This document shows positions 8,823-17,573 of a DNA stretch of 45,265 nt, piece by piece. The first letter of the stretch is position 1. Each line of letters starts with the position of its first letter. Source of the DNA: a virus (lineage: Duplodnaviria > Caudoviricetes). Position numbers and translations under genes: made by a program. Under the pieces are notes generated by a model that saw nothing but the letters and a program-made list of their open reading frames with translations, ran no database searches and had not been told where the DNA came from. The DNA lies in IMG/VR virus record IMGVR_UViG_3300046778_000032, positions 1 to 45,265 of that record; one strand, 5' to 3'.

Positions 8823-10187
8823 ATGAACATTATACAAAACTTGTTTGACATGGCAAGAGTTAGTTTGGGCATGGGTATGACTCATGATGGACAAAGAGAT
8901 ACTTGGTCTATCTTTGGTTATCCTGACAAAATAACAATAAAAGATTTTAGGGACAAATACAAGAGGGGTGATATTGCCACAAGAATCGTTGATGCTTATC
9001 CTAATGAATGCTGGTCTTGCCCGCCTTTAATTGTAGAAGATAGTAAAGAGCAAGATCGAACAGCTTGGGAATCAGATGTAGATACTTTGCTAGAAGAACT
9101 GGATTTCTGGCAAAAAATACGTAAATTAGATATTTTAGTTAATCTTGGGAAATATGCTGTGTTATATATAGGATTTTCAGACGGTAAAGATTTAAGTGAA
9201 CCTGTTTTGAAAGGCACAAAGCCTATTTATGTAAAACCATTGGCTGAAGATGTAGCTGTTATTAAAACATTTATAACAGATCCTCAAAACAAAAGATTTG
9301 GATTACCTGAAACATACGAATTAACTTTGTCTGATACGGTAGGTTCACAAACTGAAGTGAAACGCACAGTTCATTATTCGCGTGTTTTGCACGTAGCTGA
9401 AAGAACATTAGATAAGGAATATGAAGGTCAATCTGTGTTAGAGCCTATATGGAATAAATTAATTGATCTTGAAAAAGTTAGCGGAGGTAGTGCTGAAGTA
9501 TTTTGGCTTAATGCTAGAGGCGGAATGGCACTAGAAGCTGAAGCAGATGCCGATTTAGGTAGTGCTGAAGATAAAGAAGCTTTGAAAAAAGAGATAGAGG
9601 CTTACCAGCACAATCTAACAAGGACAATGCGGACTAAAGGTTTTACTATAAAGCCTATTGTGCAAAAAGTAGAAAGCCCTAAAGATCAATTCGATATTTG
9701 TATTAGTATAATTGCAGGAACAACAGCTATACCAAAACGCATTTTGTTAGGAAATGAAGCGGGTGAATTGGCTAGTTCACAAGATGAAACTAACTGGTCG
9801 AAACAAATTAAGAACAGACAAAAGAATTTCTGTGAAAGCCATATATTGAATGTATTCATTGATTACATGATAGAGCTTAATTTAATAAAGACTTTGGATA
9901 AAGGTAAAGCCTATGAATGGGAATGGCCAAGCTTGACTAATATAAGTAACAAAGACAAAGCAGAAATTGCCACAAAGCTTGCTAGTGCAATTGCTACTTA
10001 TGCTAATTCTGTTGGAGCAGACAGTATCATTCCACCTAAGCAATTTGTCGAAGATGTATTAGAGTTAGAATATAGGGAAGATGAAATTAACAAAATTATA
10101 GAAGAGGAAAACGCTGCTATTGATAAATCATTAGAGGAAAATCCTATTGTTAAATTACCTGTTGTTAAATTACCTGTTGCTAAATGA
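8823..10187 (+). CDS. Portal protein (DUF1073-like)
   Basis: Follows TerL; RGDIATRIVD, GQSVLEPIWN, IPKRILLGNEAGELASSQD. Confidence 0.9.
   Translation: MNIIQNLFDMARVSLGMGMTHDGQRDTWSIFGYPDKITIKDFRDKYKRGDIATRIVDAYPNECWSCPPLIVEDSKEQDRTAWESDVDTLLEELDFWQKIRKLDILVNLGKYAVLYIGFSDGKDLSEPVLKGTKPIYVKPLAEDVAVIKTFITDPQNKRFGLPETYELTLSDTVGSQTEVKRTVHYSRVLHVAERTLDKEYEGQSVLEPIWNKLIDLEKVSGGSAEVFWLNARGGMALEAEADADLGSAEDKEALKKEIEAYQHNLTRTMRTKGFTIKPIVQKVESPKDQFDICISIIAGTTAIPKRILLGNEAGELASSQDETNWSKQIKNRQKNFCESHILNVFIDYMIELNLIKTLDKGKAYEWEWPSLTNISNKDKAEIATKLASAIATYANSVGADSIIPPKQFVEDVLELEYREDEINKIIEEENAAIDKSLEENPIVKLPVVKLPVAK
10147..10185 (+). repeat. 15-bp tandem repeat at the portal 3' end
   Basis: TTGTTAAATTACCTG x2 plus TTGCTAAAT, encoding IVKLP-VVKLP-VAK. 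Confidence 0.8.
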
Positions 10188-10255
10188 CAAATAAACAAAC
10201 ATACATTGTAGATTATTGCATTATTTGTGGTAAAATTATATCTATAAGCAAATAA
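10184..10255 (+). CDS. 23-aa CxxC micropeptide
   Basis: MTNKQTYIVDYCIICGKIISISK; ATGA overlap with the portal stop and TAATG overlap with the next start. Confidence 0.45.
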   Translation: MTNKQTYIVDYCIICGKIISISK

Positions 10256-11100
10256 TGTTAACCGCTAAATCAGACCCTACTAAAACTTTGATGATCCGTA
10301 ATAAGGCATCAAAAGAAATAGATAGACGTTTCATGTCTATACGTAAATTTGTTAGAGATTCTATATACATTGGAAAGCTTGTTACAAATGTCAATCAACG
10401 ATTTTCATTAGTTCCTATTAGAGATTATGATTATCTGCGAGATAATGACAAGATAGACGCTTTCAACAAAGATCTGCAAGAAATAGTAAACAAAGAAATA
10501 CTAGGTATAGAAGACGGATCTATAAAACCTAACAATTATTGGCTTGATACATACATAGGCGATGCTTATGACAAAGGAGCTAGAAAAACCCGTGTTATAG
10601 CTGAAAGGGGAATTTACAATTTGGCTAAATTGCCTAACTATTCCCCTTTGCTCAATCCTGCTCACTTGGAACGTGCTGAGTTTTTATACACTAGAAGTTT
10701 TAACGACATGAAAGGAGTAACAGATACAATGCGTTCTCAAATGTCGCGTGTTTTATCTGAAGGAATGATTAAAGGTGAAAATCCTAAAAATGTAGCTAGA
10801 GCTATGATAGATAGGGTTGATTCAATAGGTATAAATAGAGCAAAACTTATTGCTAGAACAGAGATTGTTGAATCGCACAATCAAGCCAGTATTAAAGAGG
10901 CTGAATTGCTTCAAAAAGAGACAGGTGTGGTAATAAATATGATATGGATAGGCGCGGAAGATGCTAGAGAACGAGCTACACACAATCAAAGAAATAATAA
11001 CATTTATACACCCGATGATGCTTTGCTTCTTATAGGTGAGCCTAATTGCAGGTGTTCGGTATCTGCATACATTGATCCAGACAATCTGAAAAAAATCTGA
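10255..11100 (+). CDS. Head morphogenesis protein (SPP1 gp7 / Mu F-like)
   Basis: RAKLIARTE, W..AEDARER.TH, EPNCRCS. Confidence 0.9.
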   Translation: MLTAKSDPTKTLMIRNKASKEIDRRFMSIRKFVRDSIYIGKLVTNVNQRFSLVPIRDYDYLRDNDKIDAFNKDLQEIVNKEILGIEDGSIKPNNYWLDTYIGDAYDKGARKTRVIAERGIYNLAKLPNYSPLLNPAHLERAEFLYTRSFNDMKGVTDTMRSQMSRVLSEGMIKGENPKNVARAMIDRVDSIGINRAKLIARTEIVESHNQASIKEAELLQKETGVVINMIWIGAEDARERATHNQRNNNIYTPDDALLLIGEPNCRCSVSAYIDPDNLKKI

Positions 11101-11161
11101 TTTTGTTCTTGTATTTCTAGCAATAGTATAGTATCAATTTCGAAACATTACGAGAGATCGA

Positions 11162-12466
11162 ATGAATCCATTACTCATCCTTTCAAATATATCTTTAGAT
11201 GCCGTTGCACGTAGAGAGTTGTTAGACAATGTAGAACACTTAGTCATACCTTGTATTGCTATTAAAGAAGGTGTTTTGAATAACATTTTTTATTCAGCAC
11301 AAGAGTTAGAAACTTTTGCTAATACTTGGAACGGTGTTCCTGTTCCGGTAAATCATCCGATGAATGCGGATGGTAATCATATCACAGCAAATAACACTGT
11401 TTGTGAAGCTACAGTTAATATAGGACGTTTTTATAACGTCGAATGGGATAGTGATTTACTAGCAATTAAAGGTGAAATATGGTTGAACATAAAAAAAGCA
11501 ACCAAGCTAGGTTATGAAGATATTATAACCAAGTTAGAAGCAGGTGAACTAATGGAAGTTTCCACGGGTCTTTACGGTAATACTACCGAAAGCAAAGGAA
11601 CATACAACGAAACGAGTTATGAATACACTATCTCAGGAATTCGTCCCGATCATCTTGCACTTTTACCTAACGATATAGGTGCCTGTTCTATTAAAAATGG
11701 ATGTGGTGCTATGCGTGTTAATAATGATAACAGCAAAAAAGGTTTCTTTGCATGGATAAAAGGATTGTTTACTAACGAACAATCCTTCGATCAAATTAGA
11801 GAAGGTATTTATCATGCTTTGAAAGCTGAGTTAGGGGATAAATTTTACCCTTATATTTTAGACGTTTTTGACCAGTATTTTGTATATGAAAACGGTAACA
11901 AGTATTATCGTCGTAATTATACAAGTGACGAAAAACAAACAATTATTCTTGTCGGGGAAAATATAGAAGTTCGATTAGAGCGTAAATATGTTCCGGTAAG
12001 TGCTGAAACAATAACAAATAAACAACAAATGAAGCCAAAAAAGAAAGAAGCAATTGTTAATGCTTTGGCGCTTGCTCTAGGAGTAACTGCCGCTGTGTTT
12101 GCTAATAGCGAAGATAACAAGTTAGAAGAAGCTGCTACTAAGCACGGATTCAACTTCGACGATGAAGGGAATGAAGTAAAAACTAACTGTGCATGCAAGG
12201 GTCATACTCCTATTAATAACGGTCTTAGCAATGCTGAGAAAGCCACACTTGCACGTTTGCAAGCTAACGAAGATAAGCGTTTAGACAAGAAACGGGAAAC
12301 TGTTCTTACTCATAACAAAAATCTTACCAAAGAAATTGTTGCTAGTTTTAACGAAGATGCACTAGATGCACTGCTTGTTAATGTGGAAACCGCAGTTGAT
12401 TATTCTGTTGGAGGTGCTCAACCTGTTAACAACGAATATAAAGCTCCGTCCGTCATTCTTGACTAA
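11162..12466 (+). CDS. Prohead protease/scaffold (DUF2213-like)
   Basis: PVPVNHP, EVSTGL, PDHLALLPNDIGACS; helical C-terminal part; upstream of the capsid genes. Confidence 0.85.
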   Translation: MNPLLILSNISLDAVARRELLDNVEHLVIPCIAIKEGVLNNIFYSAQELETFANTWNGVPVPVNHPMNADGNHITANNTVCEATVNIGRFYNVEWDSDLLAIKGEIWLNIKKATKLGYEDIITKLEAGELMEVSTGLYGNTTESKGTYNETSYEYTISGIRPDHLALLPNDIGACSIKNGCGAMRVNNDNSKKGFFAWIKGLFTNEQSFDQIREGIYHALKAELGDKFYPYILDVFDQYFVYENGNKYYRRNYTSDEKQTIILVGENIEVRLERKYVPVSAETITNKQQMKPKKKEAIVNALALALGVTAAVFANSEDNKLEEAATKHGFNFDDEGNEVKTNCACKGHTPINNGLSNAEKATLARLQANEDKRLDKKRETVLTHNKNLTKEIVASFNEDALDALLVNVETAVDYSVGGAQPVNNEYKAPSVILD

Positions 12467-12485
12467 TATCAAATAATTATAACAA

Positions 12486-12965
12486 ATGAGTGCTCACAAT
12501 TCTATTATTATTTTAGGCGCTGGACGCGCCTTGCAGTTTGAAGCTAAAGCAAACGAAGCTGGTATTTATCCCGGTCATTTGGTTGAGCGTTCTAGTGATA
12601 CTACGTTTTTGCGTTGTAATGCTAACGGAACCGCTGCCGCTCCATTGATTGCTATTGAAAATAGCATTAACGGTAAAGACAAGGACACTGTATATGCTAA
12701 CGGTGAAACCGTTTATGCTAGGGCATTGGTTCCGGGTATGGAGGTGCAAGTAAAAGTTGCTCCATCCGCCTCTGCGATTGTTTACGGTGACTTGTTAACT
12801 CCAGATGGTGACGGTGGAGTTAAGAAAGCTGTAGCTGCTTCTCAACTTGGTTCGGGTGTATATACATATACACCTGCTAGTGTGTCAATGTTCAGAGCGA
12901 TCGAAGCAGTTGATAATAGTGCTAATGCGGCAACTTCTGTTTTTATCAAAGCACAAAAAATCTAA
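12486..12965 (+). CDS. Capsid decoration/cement protein
   Basis: Between protease and MCP; IYPGHLVE and GDLLTPDGDGGVKK beta-rich pattern. Confidence 0.75.
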   Translation: MSAHNSIIILGAGRALQFEAKANEAGIYPGHLVERSSDTTFLRCNANGTAAAPLIAIENSINGKDKDTVYANGETVYARALVPGMEVQVKVAPSASAIVYGDLLTPDGDGGVKKAVAASQLGSGVYTYTPASVSMFRAIEAVDNSANAATSVFIKAQKI

Positions 12966-12984
12966 AATATAACCAAATAAGAAA

Positions 12985-13935
12985 ATGATTAGTAATGCAA
13001 AAAATGCTTTTTCCGGTGGCGGAAACTGTGCAATTCTTAATGCAGAAGGTAAGTTAGTTAGCAATGCTACTACTCTTCGTCATGAGGATCAATTGTTATA
13101 TGATACTGCAATGATTGGTATCGCTCGTAAGCGTCTTAAAATGACTCAGCTTTTAAAGAGCAAGGGTCTTGTTAAGAATCTAGGCGGGTTAGGTGTTATT
13201 CTCAGCATGTATGAGCAAAGCGGAGACATGGCGGGTGCTAATATCTCTATGAGCGGTCGCACTAGTGCTAACCAAGATACTCTAACTTTCTCGGAAGTTG
13301 GTGTGCCAGTGCCTATTTTCCACAAAGAATTTGAGCTAGATGCTCGTCGTCTAGCTTCTAGTCGTCGGGGTGGAACTCCATTAGATACGGCTCAAATTGA
13401 AATTGCAACTCGTATTGTTGCGGATGAATTTGAGACTCACATCTATAACGGTGCTTCGCAAATCTCTGTTGCTGGTAATACTGTCTATGGTCTAACGACA
13501 CATCCTAGTCGTAATACAGGGTCTATCACTAGCGCATGGGCAAGTGCAGCTAACGTCTTGACTGATGTCAAGGCTATGCTTGCAGCAATGCTAAACGATA
13601 ATATGTATGGTCCTTTCATCCTAACTGTTCCAAAGAACTATTGGTTGAATCTTGCGGATGACTATTCGGCAAACAAAGGTGATAATACAATTCTTGATCG
13701 CATCAAGCAATTACCGGACATCGAAGATGTTATTTGTGGAGACTATTTGACAGCATCTAATGTTGTTATGTTTCAAGCTACAAGTGAAACCATTGACCTT
13801 GCAATCGGTCAAGATTTAACTAACATTGCTTGGAGCATGCAACCACTTGCAACGGAATTTAAACTGTTTACCGCTGGAGTTGTTCGTATTAAATCTGACA
13901 AAAACGGTAACTGCGGAGTTGCTCATTGGAGCTAA
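12985..13935 (+). CDS. Major capsid protein (HK97 fold, Linocin_M18/encapsulin-like family)
   Basis: 316 aa; VPVPIFHKEFELDARRL, YGLTTHPSR, YGPFIL; synteny. Confidence 0.9.
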   Translation: MISNAKNAFSGGGNCAILNAEGKLVSNATTLRHEDQLLYDTAMIGIARKRLKMTQLLKSKGLVKNLGGLGVILSMYEQSGDMAGANISMSGRTSANQDTLTFSEVGVPVPIFHKEFELDARRLASSRRGGTPLDTAQIEIATRIVADEFETHIYNGASQISVAGNTVYGLTTHPSRNTGSITSAWASAANVLTDVKAMLAAMLNDNMYGPFILTVPKNYWLNLADDYSANKGDNTILDRIKQLPDIEDVICGDYLTASNVVMFQATSETIDLAIGQDLTNIAWSMQPLATEFKLFTAGVVRIKSDKNGNCGVAHWS

Positions 13936-13953
13936 TGCTAACTAAATAATACA

Positions 13954-14193
13954 ATGACAAAAACATACGTTATCACTTCAGGAAAGCATCATACACCTGA
14001 AAAGGTTTATATCAAAGGTGACAAGATTGAACTAACTGAACAAGAAACTGTTGGATTGACAAATAAAATTATTGATCCAGAAGCTACTTATGGAGTTAGT
14101 GTCGAATCCGATAACTCCCGTTTACTTGCTCGTATTGCTGAGTTAGAGCTTGAAAACGAGGAATTAAAAGAAGCAATTGAATCTGAGGATTAA
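13954..14193 (+). CDS. Small post-capsid hypothetical protein
   Basis: YIKGDKIELTEQE motif and coiled-coil tail; position after the MCP. Confidence 0.7.
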   Translation: MTKTYVITSGKHHTPEKVYIKGDKIELTEQETVGLTNKIIDPEATYGVSVESDNSRLLARIAELELENEELKEAIESED

Positions 14194-14217
14194 GGGTTGT
14201 TAGGGACAATATAGTAA

Positions 14218-14263
14218 GAGCGGGATGGTTAGATAATCCTCCTAATCATCCCGCTCACTTTTT
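14218..14263 (+). terminator. Rho-independent terminator after the capsid operon
   Basis: GAGCGGGATGGTTAG / CTAATCATCCCGCTC stem followed by ACTTTTT. Confidence 0.85.
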
Positions 14264-14269
14264 AATAAT

Positions 14270-14644
14270 ATGGGATACAATTATCCAGTTTTAGTTAGCG
14301 ATGATATAAAAGCAATTGCTGGTTTATCAGGTAATGACTTATCTGTATTTATTGACATGGCTGTTATTTATGTCGGTGAATACTTGTTGGATAAAGGTTT
14401 AAGCGATTCCATACTTAGACTTATAACAAAAAATTTAGCTGCTCATTTTGCATTGTTAAAAGAAGGACAAGTTAAGTCTGAAACAATCGGCCCAACTTCG
14501 ACCACTTTTAATATAACAACTGGATTAGGTTTGAAAGCTACCACATTTGGTCAACAAGCAATTTTCTTGGATAGCTCTAAAACACTTGCTAAGTTAGATG
14601 ATCCTAACCGTAAGATAACAAAACCAACTTTCGAAGTCTTGTAA
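14270..14644 (+). CDS. Head-tail adaptor (DUF4054-like)
   Basis: LAAHFA, KSETIG, TTFGQQAIFLD. Confidence 0.8.
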   Translation: MGYNYPVLVSDDIKAIAGLSGNDLSVFIDMAVIYVGEYLLDKGLSDSILRLITKNLAAHFALLKEGQVKSETIGPTSTTFNITTGLGLKATTFGQQAIFLDSSKTLAKLDDPNRKITKPTFEVL

Positions 14645-14970
14645 TGTCTTTAAAACTAATTGATACAGTCTTAGTTAGGAGAAAAACAGGTATTGACCAA
14701 TTCTCGCAAGACATTCATGACGATGAAGAATTAGAACTGCAAGCAAGATATAACAATGAAACACAAGTTGTAAAAAATGAAAAAGGAATTGAGTTTGTTT
14801 CAACTTCAACGATCTATTATGATGAATCTGTCGTTTTTAACATAGGTGACTTGGTTAAGCTTCGAGATAGTGAAGATGATTTCAGACCTATTAAATCAAT
14901 TTCTAATTATCGCAACGGTTCAGGCACAAAATTTGTTAATGTAGCATATCTAAATGAGCAACGCAAGTAA
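14644..14970 (+). CDS. Head closure protein
   Basis: Synteny, size and beta-rich pattern (GIEFVSTSTIY). Confidence 0.7.
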   Translation: MSLKLIDTVLVRRKTGIDQFSQDIHDDEELELQARYNNETQVVKNEKGIEFVSTSTIYYDESVVFNIGDLVKLRDSEDDFRPIKSISNYRNGSGTKFVNVAYLNEQRK

Positions 14971-15349
14971 CAAAGCTTTTCTAAATAACCTATCTAAAGC
15001 AATGAAAAAGCTTCAAGATGGAGCCGATAAAGGTGTTAGGTTAGCTGTTGCATTTGTAAAAGTAGAAGCTCAACAAAGAGTGCCTGTTGACGAAGGAAAT
15101 CTAAAGGCTAGTGCATACACAGACGTAAAAAAGACAAAAGGTGCCGTTGGAGGTATAGTTGGATTTACTGCTAACTATGCTGCGGCTGTTCATGAAAAAC
15201 CTATGACTTTGAAAGGTCAAAAACGTAAAGGATCTAAAGGTAATTACTGGGATCCACAAGGAAAAGCGACAAACAAATTTCTCGAAAAAGCTGTTGATGA
15301 AAATAAAACTAACATATTAAAAATCATTCATAACGCTGCAAAACTCTAA
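14954..15349 (+). CDS. HK97 gp10-like neck/tail completion protein
   Basis: VPVDEGNLKAS, YAAAVHE, KFLEKA. Confidence 0.85.
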   Translation: MSNASNKAFLNNLSKAMKKLQDGADKGVRLAVAFVKVEAQQRVPVDEGNLKASAYTDVKKTKGAVGGIVGFTANYAAAVHEKPMTLKGQKRKGSKGNYWDPQGKATNKFLEKAVDENKTNILKIIHNAAKL

Positions 15350-15876
15350 TGGTTATTGATTCGTCTAGCTGGAAAACACCTTCTGATATTATAGCTAATA
15401 TCGTTCAAATATGTTTACCTACTGATTTTGTTCTAGCTAGTAATATGTTTATCGGATTTATGCCAGAGAAACCCCGCGATTGTGTTACTGTTATTGACAG
15501 CGGTGGAGGTGAACAAGATTCTGTAAATAAAATAGACGATCATAGTATTCAAATTTTATCAAGATCAAAAACATATCAAGATGGATACAATGCTCTGAAT
15601 AAAATAAAAGTAATTCTTCAAAGCATAGACATTAAAGATACTCCATCTGGTCAATCTGTTTGTTTGCTAGAATCTTTAAATTCTTACATTGAACAATACT
15701 ACGGCAAATCTTCAGAATTACCTATATGCGAATTGATAAACAGTGAAGAAAAAATAATAGGTATATGGGTAAAATCAAACATAGCTTTTATAGGTAGAGA
15801 CGAATTAAACAATTCTTTATTTAGCTCTAATTACAGAGTAATGATAGACACAAACAAAAACATAAATAGAAACTAA
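15349..15876 (+). CDS. Tail terminator protein with an internal insertion
   Basis: FIGFMPEKP, IQILSR, IGRDELNNSLFSSNY; extra segment of about 40 aa. Confidence 0.75.
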   Translation: MVIDSSSWKTPSDIIANIVQICLPTDFVLASNMFIGFMPEKPRDCVTVIDSGGGEQDSVNKIDDHSIQILSRSKTYQDGYNALNKIKVILQSIDIKDTPSGQSVCLLESLNSYIEQYYGKSSELPICELINSEEKIIGIWVKSNIAFIGRDELNNSLFSSNYRVMIDTNKNINRN

Positions 15877-15880
15877 TACA

Positions 15881-16327
15881 ATGAGTGGACAAGCCGCATA
15901 CGTAAAAAAATTAGAAGTTAGTGCCGATGGTGGAACAAATTGGTATAAACTTCCCGCAACGTCACCTAGTTTGGAAATTGGAGGTGATGTATTGGATGAC
16001 ACAGAAATGGCAACAAACGCGGGTTATCGTTCTCGCATTCATGGTCTTTCTGATTTTAGCATGAATGCAGATTCTATATTCAAACCTCTAACTGGTAATG
16101 CACCTAACGATGCTGCTAGCGGTGCTAAAGGTTTTGACGTTCTTAAAACAGCAAAGCTGACTAGAGCAACTATAAAAATGCGCTATCTCCCGACAGGTTC
16201 GGTAGATGTAAACGGCTTGCAAGGCAATGTTATTGTGGAAACCTTTTCTCACTCTGGCGACGTTGGAGGTTTAGAAACTGTTTCCATTAGCTTGCAAGGT
16301 AATGGTGCATTAACAGCAACCGCTTAA
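15881..16327 (+). CDS. Tail tube (major tail) protein
   Basis: DVLDDT..GYRSRIHGLSD; C-terminal SISLQGNGAL. Confidence 0.85.
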   Translation: MSGQAAYVKKLEVSADGGTNWYKLPATSPSLEIGGDVLDDTEMATNAGYRSRIHGLSDFSMNADSIFKPLTGNAPNDAASGAKGFDVLKTAKLTRATIKMRYLPTGSVDVNGLQGNVIVETFSHSGDVGGLETVSISLQGNGALTATA

Positions 16328-16331
16328 TAAT

Positions 16332-17030
16332 ATGAGTGGAGTAGCAGGATACAAAGCACAATTGAAAATCGGTGGAACTCCTGTTATTATTACAGATGAA
16401 CCTTTGACTCAATTTGCAGACGGGGTTTATAGAATAACAAATTCTTTAAAAAGAGTTTTATCTGCTAATCATGTTATAACAGTAACAGACATTGACGACA
16501 ATCCCGTTGTTATAGAAAAAATAAATTACCTAGAAGGTGTTATTTTAGTTTCTGACTCAGTGGATTCTCCAAAATTAACAGGTAGGTATATTCCGTTATC
16601 TTTTATAGGAGGTGCTAAAGAATATACTCTTGAAATAGGAGGCGATGTGCTAGATGATAGTGCGTTTCACAGTGATTCAGAAGTTAGTCCGGGTTATAGA
16701 AGCAAAGTTTGTGGTATTCATGATATTAGTTGCAGTTTCACAAGATGGAATGATTTTAGCAATAACAAATTGAAAGAAGCTAAACTTGCAAAAACTCCTA
16801 TTTTTGTTAGTATAAATCCCGGAGCTTCTAAGACATTTATTAAAGGATGGTTTCAGATAGAAACAGATTCTTTGAGCGGCGATATTGGATCATTAGAGCA
16901 AGAAGATTTAAGTCTTTCCTTGTGTGGAAATAACTCGAAAACATATTTCAGTTATAGTTTTAACTATACAGACGAAGAGGCTGGATTTCTTGATGGAGAA
17001 GTTTTAATCACTAATTGGTTTCCAGAATAA
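16332..17030 (+). CDS. Second tail-tube paralog with an inserted domain
   Basis: Shares LEIGGDVLDD, GYRS and SGD(V/I)G.LE with the previous gene. Confidence 0.75.
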   Translation: MSGVAGYKAQLKIGGTPVIITDEPLTQFADGVYRITNSLKRVLSANHVITVTDIDDNPVVIEKINYLEGVILVSDSVDSPKLTGRYIPLSFIGGAKEYTLEIGGDVLDDSAFHSDSEVSPGYRSKVCGIHDISCSFTRWNDFSNNKLKEAKLAKTPIFVSINPGASKTFIKGWFQIETDSLSGDIGSLEQEDLSLSLCGNNSKTYFSYSFNYTDEEAGFLDGEVLITNWFPE

Positions 17031-17048
17031 ACAAACAACAACCCGAAT

Positions 17049-17435
17049 ATGAATAAAGATAAATTAAGAGCATTGACGTTAGGTTCTAGCAAAAAATTCG
17101 AACGTAAGCTAGTAGAGATTGACGGTGAATTTTTTGAAGTTAGGCAACCAACTTTGAAAGAGAGAGGATTGTTTCGCAAAAAGGCTATGAAAATTAGTCA
17201 AAATGAAAACGGTGAATCTGTTACTGATTTTGATATTTTCGCTTTTCAAATCGAAGCTGTATTGACACTAACTCTTGTTCCTGATAGTGATGAAAAAGTA
17301 TTTGAAGAAACAGATAGAGAAGCTTTCGAATCTTGTCCTTGTGGCGGATGGTTTGATAAGTTAGCTGCTGTTGCTAGTGAACTCTGCAATGTGAAAGATG
17401 CGGAGATAAAAAAAGATGGAACAGCGACAAAGTAA
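17049..17435 (+). CDS. Tail assembly chaperone (gpG-like)
   Basis: Between tube and tape measure genes; FEVRQPTLKER. Confidence 0.85.
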   Translation: MNKDKLRALTLGSSKKFERKLVEIDGEFFEVRQPTLKERGLFRKKAMKISQNENGESVTDFDIFAFQIEAVLTLTLVPDSDEKVFEETDREAFESCPCGGWFDKLAAVASELCNVKDAEIKKDGTATK

Positions 17436-17572
17436 GACAAGCTGTTTTCTTTATCGCTGAAAAATTAGGTAAATTTGCATGGGAAATAGAAGATATGCCT
17501 TATGATGAATTCATTGAATGGCAAGCCTATTTTGAAATGCAATTAAAAGCCCAAAAGAAAAACAAAAGATAG
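17408..17572 (+). CDS. -1 frameshift extension of the chaperone (gpGT-like)
   Basis: A_AAA_AAA at 17408-17414; the -1 frame reads RWNSDKVRQAVFFIAEKLGKFAWEIEDMPYDEFIEWQAYF... to TAG 17572. Confidence 0.8.
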   Translation, partial: KKRWNSDKVRQAVFFIAEKLGKFAWEIEDMPYDEFIEWQAYFEMQLKAQKKNKR

Positions 17573-17573
17573 T

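Noticed and set aside
8823-10187. Anti-CBASS (Acb1-like) label that DUF1073 proteins sometimes receive
   Set aside because: Size, motifs and position between TerL and the head morphogenesis gene indicate a portal
12985-13935. Encapsulin/bacteriocin (Linocin M18) nanocompartment
   Set aside because: It lies in a complete phage head operon and is the major capsid protein
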